64,000 nt of DNA. It comes from an uncultured bacterium. Its GTDB lineage: Bacteria; Patescibacteriota; Doudnabacteria; UBA920. Shown here in pieces: positions 47,848 through 56,800 of this stretch. Both the position numbers and the translations under genes were made by a program. The DNA lies in NCBI GenBank assembly GCA_963749445.1, contig CAVVMJ010000003.1, forward strand, positions 715 through 64,714, written 5' to 3'. A model generated the notes under the pieces. It did no database searches. It had not been told where the DNA came from and saw nothing but the letters and a program-made list of their open reading frames with translations. Within the stretch, counting starts at the first letter, position 1, and the number at the start of each line of letters is the position of its first letter.

Positions 47848-48843
47848 ATGAAAATCTATAAAGATGTTTTTAGCAAAATAGCTAGTGCGGAAAACCTGTT
47901 TGACTCATGGCAGGCATTCCGCAAGGGAAAGACTAAGCGCAGCGACGTAATGGCTTTTGAATTTTCATTGGAGCAAAATATTTTTGATTTGCGCGATGAA
48001 TTAAAATCAAAAAGATACAAACATGCGCCCTATTCTTCCTTTTTTATTCAAGATCCCAAACAAAGGAACATTCATAAAGCCAGTGTCCGCGACCGGCTTA
48101 TCCACCATGCCATTTTCGCCGTTCTGAACCCCATTTTTGAAGCGGCCTTTATTCCCAATTCCTTTTCCTGTCAAAAGGGCAAAGGCACGCATAAGGGAGT
48201 GGAGGCGCTTAAAAATATATTGCGCGAAGCCAGCAAAAATAACACCAAACCATGCTTTGTGCTTAAATGTGATATTAGACAGTTTTTTCATTCGGTTGAC
48301 CATGATATTTTGATTTCAATTATTGGGCAAAAGATCAAAGACCTTGATGCCATGCGGCTAATCCGAGAGATTGTGGAGAGCTTCCCTAATGGCGTGCCGA
48401 TAGGCAATTTGACCAGCCAACTGTTTGCCAATCTTTATTTAAATGAGCTCGACAGGTTTGTTAAGCACAAACTGAAAGTTCCTTTTTATGTTCGCTATAC
48501 CGATGATTTTGTTCTGGTTTCAGATTCGCCTGAAAAACTTCTATCCTTGCTGGAATGGATAAAGCTGTTTTTGCGGGAGCGGCTCAAGCTTGAGATCCAC
48601 CCGCACAAACTAACTTTACGAAAATACCATCAGGGGATTGATTTTCTTGGTTATATTCAGTTTCCCAAATTTAGGATTTTGAGGAACAAAACTAAGCAAA
48701 GAATTTTAAGGAAATCGGCCAAGGGCTTAAACGAGCAGTCCTTGCAATCGTATTTAGGGGTTCTGTCTCATTGTAATGCCTACAAGCTTGGCGAGAGTTT
48801 AAAGAACGAGTTTTGGCTGCAAAGTGAGGAGGGGAAAAAGTAA
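47848..48843 (+). CDS. DGR reverse transcriptase
   Basis: RT motifs 1-7 with YTDDFVLV (motif 5) and the DGR-diagnostic IGNLTSQLFANLYL (motif 4). 331 aa, RT domain only. Confidence 0.9.
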   Translation: MKIYKDVFSKIASAENLFDSWQAFRKGKTKRSDVMAFEFSLEQNIFDLRDELKSKRYKHAPYSSFFIQDPKQRNIHKASVRDRLIHHAIFAVLNPIFEAAFIPNSFSCQKGKGTHKGVEALKNILREASKNNTKPCFVLKCDIRQFFHSVDHDILISIIGQKIKDLDAMRLIREIVESFPNGVPIGNLTSQLFANLYLNELDRFVKHKLKVPFYVRYTDDFVLVSDSPEKLLSLLEWIKLFLRERLKLEIHPHKLTLRKYHQGIDFLGYIQFPKFRILRNKTKQRILRKSAKGLNEQSLQSYLGVLSHCNAYKLGESLKNEFWLQSEEGKK

Positions 48844-48924
48844 AAAAAATTTCGGGAAGGCTTCGCCAGAGGCGAAGCCTTGCTTTCAAGGCCTCAAAGC
48901 CTAAAGCTTCAGAGTTCCGAAGCT

Positions 48925-49779
48925 TCAAGCGATCAAAGCACGATGGGCGGACTTCCGGGCAACGCAGACGAACAAGTTGCCGCTGCCGCCGTAGGACGGA
49001 TGAGCGCCGTAGACGAAGAGCCCAGCCGAGTCGAGCCAGACGCAGACGCGATACCCGTGGGAGTCGAGAATGCGGCCCCAGTGATAGACGTTGTCGAACA
49101 GCCGCTGACCGGTGGCCTTCTGGTGAGCGAGCACCGCCTGGGAGAACACGCGCTCGTCGGCGCGTTCGTAGTCTTCGCCCAATGCCACGATGTTGTCTTC
49201 CTGCTGTTGCCAGTTGGTGCGATTCCACCGCGGGGTCATGTCGAGCAGGTAGTAGCCGGCCTCCGGCTTGCTGTCGCCGACTTCCTTGTACTGCGGCTTC
49301 AGGAACCAGTCGACGCCCGGGTAATAGTTGGGCGGGTGGCTCTTGTCGGTACCGAGCGTGGAGTGCTGGCTGCGGAACGACGCTGTCGAAGCATAAGCCA
49401 GCATCCATTTGTGCGTCCCGGCCTTGTTCTGGTAGGCACACTCCTGAATCTGGGCCATGTTCGGGCAAACCACGGTCTGTCCCTTGGGGGACGGTTGGGC
49501 GAAGGTGGTCGAGTTCTGCTCGTGCGTCACCAGACTGGTCTGGCCGAGCAGGGTGAGCGCACCAGCGAGGTCGAATGCCGGAGTCGTCAGCCGGATTGCG
49601 AGCCGGTGAACGAATTGCTGATACTCTTCCGGATAGACTCCGCTGCTATGGATTGCCAAAAGTTCGGCGTGAAGGAAACTTCCCTTCTCCAGTGCGGCTT
49701 CGGTTGCGTTGCGCATGTCTCGGATTTGACCCGGGGTTGCCGGATCGTTGCTCTTAGACGTGAGTAATGGGGTTCCCAT
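48925..49779 (-). CDS. DGR target protein (FGE-sulfatase/C-type-lectin-like fold) with C-terminal variable repeat
   Basis: C-terminus ...LDSHGYRVCVWLDSAGLFVYGAHPSYGGSGNLFVCVARKS corresponds to TR-encoded ...LDSNGYRVCVKLNSDGLNVNNDHPSYGDNDNLYVCVARKS, with TR AAC/AAT codons diversified. GC-rich relative to its neighbours. Confidence 0.85.
   Translation of the reverse strand: MGTPLLTSKSNDPATPGQIRDMRNATEAALEKGSFLHAELLAIHSSGVYPEEYQQFVHRLAIRLTTPAFDLAGALTLLGQTSLVTHEQNSTTFAQPSPKGQTVVCPNMAQIQECAYQNKAGTHKWMLAYASTASFRSQHSTLGTDKSHPPNYYPGVDWFLKPQYKEVGDSKPEAGYYLLDMTPRWNRTNWQQQEDNIVALGEDYERADERVFSQAVLAHQKATGQRLFDNVYHWGRILDSHGYRVCVWLDSAGLFVYGAHPSYGGSGNLFVCVARKSAHRALIA
48950..49070 (-). repeat. DGR variable repeat (VR)
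   Basis: See TR. The shared ggaagtc at the 3' end is the candidate IMH boundary. Confidence 0.85.
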
Positions 49780-50151
49780 TGTCAGTATCCTCTTATTCAG
49801 TTGTCAAAGCTTCCTTGGGCCGCAAGGACACGGTCTCATCTTTTTCAAAACAAGACAAGCACTTTATTATCCTTCGATTAGTGAAGGATTGTAAAGCGCA
49901 AGTCTCGTTATTTTTGAGACCTTACATTATGGCACTTTTTTTATCTCCTGTCAATATCGACAAAAAAACCATCAAATGCTATAATTTCAACACTTATCCA
50001 TTTCGAGCGAGTCAGACGAGCCGAGAAATCTGTTTAATTAAAATCAAAAACAGATCCCTCCACTCCTCGGATGCACTCGTCGGTCGGGATGGAATCTAAT
50101 TTAATACACTAATCATATTCCCCCTATGGGGGATAGAAAGGATTCCTTTCT

Positions 50152-50628
50152 ATGCCGCAATATGAGCTGATGTACCTGCTCGGCAGCCAAGTGGCCGACG
50201 ACCAGGTGCCTAACATCTCGCAAAGCGTCAAAAAATTCGTTGAGGATTTCGGCGGAAGCAACATTGTGGAAACGCCCCTCGGCAAAAAAAAACTCGCCTA
50301 CCCCATTGGCAAAACCCGCAACGGCCATTATGTTGTGGTAAATTTTACAATGGACGGCAACAAAATTAACGAGCTGGACGCCAAAATCCGCACCCAGGAC
50401 AGCACTATTATCCGCTACCTGCTCACCAACCGCGACGAGCATTTGGAACGGCTGGAAAAAGATAAAAAAGTGCAGGCCAAGCTAAACCGCCGGATTCCCG
50501 TGGAAGGCGCGGCCCAAAGCCAGCCAGTTGGGCAAAAAGCCAAAAAAGCTCCGGTGGTTTTGGATCTCGCGCCCGAAGACATTGACGCCAAGATTGAGAA
50601 GGCGTTGTCCGAGGATATTACAAAATAG
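50152..50628 (+). CDS. rpsF: 30S ribosomal protein S6
   Basis: MPQYELMYLL...LAYPI...GHYVVVNF pattern. Confidence 0.9.
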   Translation: MPQYELMYLLGSQVADDQVPNISQSVKKFVEDFGGSNIVETPLGKKKLAYPIGKTRNGHYVVVNFTMDGNKINELDAKIRTQDSTIIRYLLTNRDEHLERLEKDKKVQAKLNRRIPVEGAAQSQPVGQKAKKAPVVLDLAPEDIDAKIEKALSEDITK

Positions 50629-50748
50629 TTTTAAGTTATAAGGCATTGCGGCCAGTATGGTAGTAAGTATTAAGTTGTAAGTTACTTACTGCCAACACCT
50701 TACAACTACACCGGCCGCCACAACCTACAACTATTAACCATCAAACAT

Positions 50749-51261
50749 ATGGACTTAAACAAAGTCATGATCATCGGCCGCCTGACGCGCGACCCGGAAA
50801 CCCGGACCACCCCCAGCGGCATCAATGTCTGCCAAATGGGCGTGGCCACGTCTTACGTTTACACCAACAGGGAAACCGGACAAAAAGTGGAAAATACCGA
50901 ATTCCACAATGTGGTGCTGTGGCGCAAACTCGGCGAAATCGCCCAGCAATATCTTAAAAAAGGCACCCAGGTATTCATTGAAGGACGACTCCAGACCCGC
51001 ACCTGGCAGGGACAGGACGGCGCCAAAAGAAACCGCACCGAGATCGTGGCCGACAACATGATTATGCTCGGCCGCCCAAGCGGCGCTTCAGCATCAAGCT
51101 CGGGTTCTTATTCCGCCCCCGCCAGAGCGTCGGCCAAAAACGAAATTGTGGACCAGCCGTCCCCCACCGAAGAACTGCCGACCATCCAGCAGGATTCCCC
51201 GACTCCCACTCCGGAAGCCGGCCAAAGCGAAAACATTAATGTGGAAGACATCCCGTTTTAA
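50749..51261 (+). CDS. ssb: single-stranded DNA-binding protein
   Basis: OB-fold N-terminus (NKVMIIGRLTRDPE...TEFHNVVLWRKLAE) and acidic C-terminal tail ending DIPF. Confidence 0.9.
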   Translation: MDLNKVMIIGRLTRDPETRTTPSGINVCQMGVATSYVYTNRETGQKVENTEFHNVVLWRKLGEIAQQYLKKGTQVFIEGRLQTRTWQGQDGAKRNRTEIVADNMIMLGRPSGASASSSGSYSAPARASAKNEIVDQPSPTEELPTIQQDSPTPTPEAGQSENINVEDIPF

Positions 51262-51383
51262 GCGAAGCTTCTACTAAATACGAAAGAGACAAAAATACTA
51301 AAATTGACCCCAACTGAACAAAATTTACTGCAATCCAATTTTACGTTAATTTGTATTTAGTTTTTAAAAATTATTAATTTCTT

Positions 51384-51638
51384 ATGCGCCCATCCAACAA
51401 CCGAGATACCCGCAGCCGCGACAGCCAGCCCCAAATTAAAAAGCAGTGCTACTTTTGCAGCAATAAAACCACCACCGTGGACTACAAAGACACGCAAACC
51501 CTGCGCCGCTTTATGTCCCCGCACGCCAAAATTTTGGCGCACAACCGCACCGGCACCTGCCCCAAGCACCAGCGCATGGTGACCAAGGCCCTAAAGCACG
51601 CGCGCCACATGGCGCTGTTGCCGTTCGTTGCATCGTAA
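51384..51638 (+). CDS. rpsR: 30S ribosomal protein S18
   Basis: CYFC...VDYKD...LRRFMS...KILAHNRTG.C.KHQR. Confidence 0.9.
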   Translation: MRPSNNRDTRSRDSQPQIKKQCYFCSNKTTTVDYKDTQTLRRFMSPHAKILAHNRTGTCPKHQRMVTKALKHARHMALLPFVAS

Positions 51639-51709
51639 CAAAATTAACCAATTGCGGATTACGTATTACGGATTCACTCAATTCGTAATTCGCAATCCGT
51701 AATGTTCAA

Positions 51710-52279
51710 TTGAAACAAATGGATTTAAACGACATGAAAATCGGGACAATCATTCTTTGGGAAAAACAGCCCGTAATGATTATTTGGTCAAACCGGATGC
51801 GCACCGCCCAAAGAAAACCGGTGATGCAGACCAAAATGCGCAACGTCATAACCGGCAAAGTCTACGAGTACTCTTTTAAGTTCGGCGAAAGCATTGAGGA
51901 AGCCGATGTGGTCCGCGAAAAAGCCAATTTTTTATATGCGGACGCCGAAGGCACGCACTTTATGAATAACGAGACCTTTGAGACAGTGGACATTGCCAAA
52001 GACGTCACGCTGGAGCAAGAAAAGTTTTTGAAAGAAGGGATGGAAGTCAGCATTTTGCGCTTTAACGACAAACCTGTGTCCATCGAATTGCCCATAAAAA
52101 TCGAACTCAAAGTAACCGAAGCCCCGCCCTCTACCGTCGGTAACAGCGGCGGCAACGTCACCAAACCGGTCACGCTGGAAACCGGCCTGGTCGTCAACGC
52201 CCCCATGTTCATTAAGGAAGGCGACGTGCTTAGAATTGACTCCCGCTCCGGCGAATATGTGGAAAGAGCGGCACAATAA
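51710..52279 (+). CDS. efp: elongation factor P
   Basis: KOW-like N-terminus and two OB domains; conserved ...FMNNETFETV... and GDVLRIDSRSGEYVERA. Confidence 0.85.
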   Translation: MKQMDLNDMKIGTIILWEKQPVMIIWSNRMRTAQRKPVMQTKMRNVITGKVYEYSFKFGESIEEADVVREKANFLYADAEGTHFMNNETFETVDIAKDVTLEQEKFLKEGMEVSILRFNDKPVSIELPIKIELKVTEAPPSTVGNSGGNVTKPVTLETGLVVNAPMFIKEGDVLRIDSRSGEYVERAAQ

Positions 52280-52512
52280 CTAACACGGATCTACGGATTT
52301 GATGCGGATCTACGGACGGCTACGGATTCCAAGTTATATCCATCCTGAATTTTTTTGCGCTGATGATTATCAAAAGCTGCAAAAAATCTGTCCTAAGAGA
52401 AGCCGAAGGATATTCAGGATCCATCATAAAGCATTTTAAAACTCCCATACTCTATAGTATGGGAGTTTTTCAACTGGTAATCTTTTGTCGGCAAAAAAAG
52501 GATTATCTTAAA

Positions 52513-52734
52513 TTAAACCGAACCACTTAAGTACTTCTCCCCGAGCGAAATAATAATTTCGGCGGTTTTTATGGATTCCTTATACCATTTCTCGATGACT
52601 ATGGGATTATAAGAACTAATGCCCTGGATTTCCATTTTATGCACGCCGTCGTCCTCGGCCCGCCCTTCGTTGGAAGAGCTGATCCTGATTTTGAACAATT
52701 CCGTGGCTAACGCGATAACTTTATCTTTTTCCAT
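52513..52734 (-). CDS. hypothetical small protein
   Basis: 73-aa ORF with no recognisable family. Confidence 0.2.
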   Translation of the reverse strand: MEKDKVIALATELFKIRISSSNEGRAEDDGVHKMEIQGISSYNPIVIEKWYKESIKTAEIIISLGEKYLSGSV

Positions 52735-52746
52735 AGGCCTTGATTT

Positions 52747-53241
52747 TTATTTTTCCACATTCAGCGTAACCCGGTCTTTGCCGTCGCAGGTTACCACAAG
52801 ATTGCCTAAAACTTGCGGATAAAGCACGGCGTAATCGTAACCGGCTATTTTAAAAGTTTGCGTGTCGGCTTTAAAAGTATGGGCAATGGCGTCGCGGTTA
52901 TCCAGCATTACCGGCGAGCCTTTTTTTACCGCGATGGTGGCCGGAGTGCCTTGGCACTGGCTGAACTGGAAACGCTCCGTGTAGGTTTTTATGGCATCGC
53001 CGTAGGAAAGTTTTCCCGGCACTATGCTGGCGCTCGGTGGAGTTGCGGTGGCGGCCGGTGAAACAACGTTATTTGAATTGCCGCCCTGTTGGGCGCTATT
53101 TTGGCCGCCGGTATGCGTATAGGCATAAATTCCCAAGGCGGCCAGTACTAAAACGACAATGCCCGCGACTAAATAAGCCGATCTTTTGCTGGCCCAATCA
53201 TATTTTTTTGGCTGATTATTTACTCCGTTAGAATCTGGCAT
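52747..53241 (-). CDS. hypothetical membrane-anchored protein
   Basis: N-terminal TM helix and extracytoplasmic domain. Confidence 0.3.
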   Translation of the reverse strand: MPDSNGVNNQPKKYDWASKRSAYLVAGIVVLVLAALGIYAYTHTGGQNSAQQGGNSNNVVSPAATATPPSASIVPGKLSYGDAIKTYTERFQFSQCQGTPATIAVKKGSPVMLDNRDAIAHTFKADTQTFKIAGYDYAVLYPQVLGNLVVTCDGKDRVTLNVEK

Positions 53242-53272
53242 ATATTTTACAATTAATTTTAATAATCAAAAT

Positions 53273-53521
53273 TTAATTTTTTTGCCTAAGAGCCCTGCCA
53301 ATCCAAATCACAATAATGGCTCCAACAACAGCCACCACCAGGCTGTATAAATTAAAACCGGTTATGCCCGCGTGACCCAATGCGTTCATAATGAATCCAC
53401 CGACAAGGGCGCCGATCATGCCTAAAATAATGTCCCAGAGCAGCCCTTCGCCCTTACCCATAATGTTAGAGGCAATAAAACCCACAATCGCCCCAAAAAT
53501 AATCCAAAGTATAATTCCCAT
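53273..53521 (-). CDS. GlsB/YeaQ/YmgE-family stress-response membrane protein
   Basis: 82 aa, Gly-rich triple-TM pattern IIFGAIVGFIAS...GMIGALVGGFI typical of the family. Confidence 0.7.
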   Translation of the reverse strand: MGIILWIIFGAIVGFIASNIMGKGEGLLWDIILGMIGALVGGFIMNALGHAGITGFNLYSLVVAVVGAIIVIWIGRALRQKN

Positions 53522-53635
53522 TTATCCGCCTAAATTTTGCCGTTATTTTGGCAAACTTAATTATTAAAACAGATATTTTTGATTAAAGTCTTTTGAATAT
53601 TACCCGAAAAATTTTGGCGGGTAAAATTAGTTTAA

Positions 53636-54007
53636 TTATTTATCCTGATTGTCCAACTTTACCGCGGCTTCCGGAGTGGATACGGTTTTGCCCATAACCA
53701 GGAGCTTGGCAATTGCCATGGCAATTAGCCAATAAACCAGCATGGCAAGCAATGTTGTCCATTCAAAGATGCTGCCGTTAACATTGCTAATCTTAAACAC
53801 ACTCAAGAAAGGCGCGGCGAACGGATAGGTAATGCCATAGATAAAACTGGTAAATCCGGCGGCGGGATTGGCGCCGAATAATTTAAGCAAAAACCGAAAC
53901 GCCAAGATGGCTTCCAAAAGGCCGGCAATATACCAAACAATCTGGGTGCCGCGGTAAAGCGGCTTGGTGCTAAGCGAGTTGTATGAATCTTTGGTTTGAT
54001 TTTCCAT
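53636..54007 (-). CDS. YggT-family membrane protein
   Basis: FRFLLKLFGANP...FIYGITYPFAAPF core resembles YggT/Ycf19. Confidence 0.5.
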   Translation of the reverse strand: MENQTKDSYNSLSTKPLYRGTQIVWYIAGLLEAILAFRFLLKLFGANPAAGFTSFIYGITYPFAAPFLSVFKISNVNGSIFEWTTLLAMLVYWLIAMAIAKLLVMGKTVSTPEAAVKLDNQDK

Positions 54008-54242
54008 ATATTTTTCGTTTAAGTTAATAAAGATTACTGCGACCTTTAACAGTGAGATAATTCTTAAAGTTTAAAAAGGGCGGGATTAACAAAGGCCATA
54101 CTGGCTGCGATCATCGCGGCAAAAATTAGCTTCGCCGCAAAAACCGCCGCGTTTTGAGCGGAATAGCCTGCGCGGGCGTTGGTCCAATTTTCAGACAAGT
54201 TATTATAGGGCATAGAAAGGCCATTCCTTGCATAAACCTCGG

Positions 54243-54548
54243 TTAAATAATTTCTTTGGTAATTAATTGGGCAATCCGGTTATCAATCCTAAGTTTGTAA
54301 AAAACTTTTTGGCCGAGTTTTTCTTTTAATAAAATTTTCGCCTGCGCCAGGATTTTAAGATGCTGGGAAGCCAGCGGTATTGAAATGCGCAAAATTTTGG
54401 CCATATCGCCGACGCCGAGCCGTGACTGTTTGCCCAGCATTTCAAAAATCCTATAACGGTTGGCGTCGCCGAGTATCTTAAAAATTATTCTCTGGTCTGT
54501 GCCGTTAAAGCCTTTGCGGATTTTCGTGATTTGTTTGTCGGTAAGCAT
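54243..54548 (-). CDS. ArsR/SmtB-family transcriptional regulator
   Basis: wHTH with ...RYRIFEMLGKQSRLGVGDMAKILRISIPLASQHLKIL... Confidence 0.75.
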   Translation of the reverse strand: MLTDKQITKIRKGFNGTDQRIIFKILGDANRYRIFEMLGKQSRLGVGDMAKILRISIPLASQHLKILAQAKILLKEKLGQKVFYKLRIDNRIAQLITKEII

Positions 54549-55079
54549 ATATTTTTACTGCCTTTAATATTTTAAAATTTGCCGCGACCCATGTCATCCG
54601 GGGTACTCAAACAAGCCGGAGCGGGGTTTCACCGTCTTCCGGCCCGGGCTCATCCTGAAAACGATAATATAAATTCGTTCGGGATGGCGCCAAGGATAAA
54701 ATTGATGCTAAACTCTGCCGCTAGGGATTGACAATTTAACCGATTATAGAACTTACGCTTTTTAGTTTGAAAATCTTTGCTTTAAAAAATAAAACGCGTA
54801 AGTCCCATAATCAATTAAACGGTTGGTTAGTTGTTTAACCGTTAATGTCATCCATTGCCTTAAGCGTACTCCCTATTATAGATAGTGTATATAGCTGTCA
54901 AATTAGTTATCCCCTTTTCAGGAGCTTTCTGTCTTTTTTGGACGATAATTTAACAATTAAACAACTATTTAACTGCTTAACTGCGCAACTAACCATTTCT
55001 TATGGCTTAACTCGGGCTGTAATGTTGTAATGGATGTTTTACCTTGTACAAACCGGCCGATAAGGCATAGACTTAAGCT

Positions 55080-55871
55080 ATGGCGAATTTAAAAATCTCA
55101 AAATTTACAGTCCTGTTGGTTATCGCGGCGATAATTTTTGCGGCAGTTGCTTTGCGTTACATTAACAGCAGAATGCCGCAGGTGATAAATTACAATGATC
55201 AAGCGGGCAGCTCGGCTACCACAACCCCAAACGGCAGCGCGGCTTCGGAGCCGCAAACTAAACCGGCCCCCGCGCCCGCCTCTTCAAGCACGCAGCCAAG
55301 TTCGCTGAATTTGCCAATCCCCTTTACCTCCCAGGCGCCAACCGGCAACTGGGACACAGTCCACAATGAAGACTGCGAGGAAGCCGGCGCGGTTATGGCC
55401 AATGCTTATTTAACCGGCAACACCGCGGTGGTTCTTCCGGCCGCGCAGGTGGAAACCGAAATGACCGCCTTAAACAATTGGGAAGACAGCCATTTTGGCT
55501 ACCATCTGGACACTACCGCTGCTGAAACCGCGCAAATGATTACAGGCTATTACGGGCTTAAGGCAACAGTTCAGGACGGTTACACTCTTTCGGATATTAA
55601 AGATCAAATCAATTTGCATCACGTTGTTATTTTGCCGGTTAACGGCCGTCTTATTGGCAACCCCAACTACACGCAGCCCGGGCCGATTTACCATATGCTG
55701 GTTATCCGCGGATATACAATGGCAGGATTGATTACCGACGACTCCGGCACCAGGCGCGGGCAGAACTATCCATACACTTTTGAAATTTTACACAACGCGG
55801 GCGCGGACTGGAACCATTCTACTAATACAATAGATCAGACAAAAAAAGTGATGATTGTGGTTTCCAAATAA
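55080..55871 (+). CDS. membrane-anchored C39-like (papain-fold) peptidase-domain protein
   Basis: TM anchor, Ser/Pro-rich linker, then NEDCEEAGAVMANAYL (Cys), YHMLVIRGY (His) and ITDDSGT (Asp) in C39-like order. Confidence 0.5.
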   Translation: MANLKISKFTVLLVIAAIIFAAVALRYINSRMPQVINYNDQAGSSATTTPNGSAASEPQTKPAPAPASSSTQPSSLNLPIPFTSQAPTGNWDTVHNEDCEEAGAVMANAYLTGNTAVVLPAAQVETEMTALNNWEDSHFGYHLDTTAAETAQMITGYYGLKATVQDGYTLSDIKDQINLHHVVILPVNGRLIGNPNYTQPGPIYHMLVIRGYTMAGLITDDSGTRRGQNYPYTFEILHNAGADWNHSTNTIDQTKKVMIVVSK

Positions 55872-55876
55872 TTTTT

Positions 55877-55963
55877 GTCATTGCGAGGAGGCCGGGGCTT
55901 TGTCCGGTCGACGCGGCAATCTTGTCATAAGATAAAGATTGCTTCGGCTGCACTCGCAATGAC
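55877..55963. repeat. palindromic MITE-like repeat, family A (inverted copy)
   Basis: Reverse complement of 11667-11753. Sits between two paralogous C39-like genes. Confidence 0.8.
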
Positions 55964-55971
55964 AAACTAAA

Positions 55972-56655
55972 TTGATGTTCAAAATAAAATTCCCAAAACT
56001 GGATATGCTTTCCGCCGGGATTATTTTTGTGGCGCTTGCGAGCGCGGGACTTTTCATTTTTAAAGTCGTCATTCCCAAAGTTATGCCGGCTACGGTTATT
56101 CTCCAAGTACCTTTTAGCGCGCAAGCGCCGACTAACGACTGGAATCGCAACGAAGACTGCGAAGAAACCAGTATTACCATGGCCAACGCCTTTTTAACCG
56201 GAACCACCCAAGACAAATTACCCGCAGATGCGGCTCAAAACGCGATAAATAATCTTAAAGCTTGGGAACAAATCAATTTAGGCTATAACGCCAACACGGG
56301 CGTGGACGCGACCACACAAATGGCGCAAGGCGCTTTCGGTCTAAAAATTACGCAAATCCAGAATTTCACGGAAACCGATTTAAAAACAGCGCTTGAAAAC
56401 AACCATCCTATCCTTTTACCCATAAACGCTAAACTTTTGGGAAGCGCGCAATACGCAAACGGCGGCCCAACTTATCATATGATAGTCCTGCGCGGTTTTA
56501 AAGGCGACACTTTCATAGTCAACGACCCGGGCACAGACAACGGCGACGGCAATGAATATCCCTTCTCTGTCCTGGAAAACGCCTCGGCCGACTGGAATAA
56601 TGCCACAAAAAGCATTGACTCAACCAGAAAATTCGCGCTTATTGTATCTAGATAA
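55972..56655 (+). CDS. C39-like peptidase-domain protein, paralog
   Basis: Same Cys/His/Asp blocks (NEDCEETSITMANAFL, YHMIVLRGF, VNDPGT). Confidence 0.5.
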   Translation: MMFKIKFPKLDMLSAGIIFVALASAGLFIFKVVIPKVMPATVILQVPFSAQAPTNDWNRNEDCEETSITMANAFLTGTTQDKLPADAAQNAINNLKAWEQINLGYNANTGVDATTQMAQGAFGLKITQIQNFTETDLKTALENNHPILLPINAKLLGSAQYANGGPTYHMIVLRGFKGDTFIVNDPGTDNGDGNEYPFSVLENASADWNNATKSIDSTRKFALIVSR

Positions 56656-56800
56656 TAAGCGATATCCGTAGCTCCGAGCCGGCAACACAAAATGTCCTTT
56701 AGTTCACTTTTTTAGACATTTTAAACCCCTCCGCGAAGAGGGGTTTAAAATTTTTCAATCGGATATTTATTGCGGCTGCGAGATACTATTACAAAAATTA

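Larger units (their letters stand above)
47325..49779. mobile_element. diversity-generating retroelement (TR -> <-avd RT-> <-target/VR)
   Basis: All four DGR components are present: TR, avd, RT and a VR-bearing target gene. TR and VR differ only at TR adenines. Confidence 0.85.

Noticed and set aside
48692-49767. Long ORFs 48692..49468 (-) and 48880..49767 (+) overlapping the DGR target gene
   Set aside because: Alternative-frame and antisense ORFs created by the high GC content of the target gene. The 48925..49779 frame carries the VR and the FGE-like sequence.
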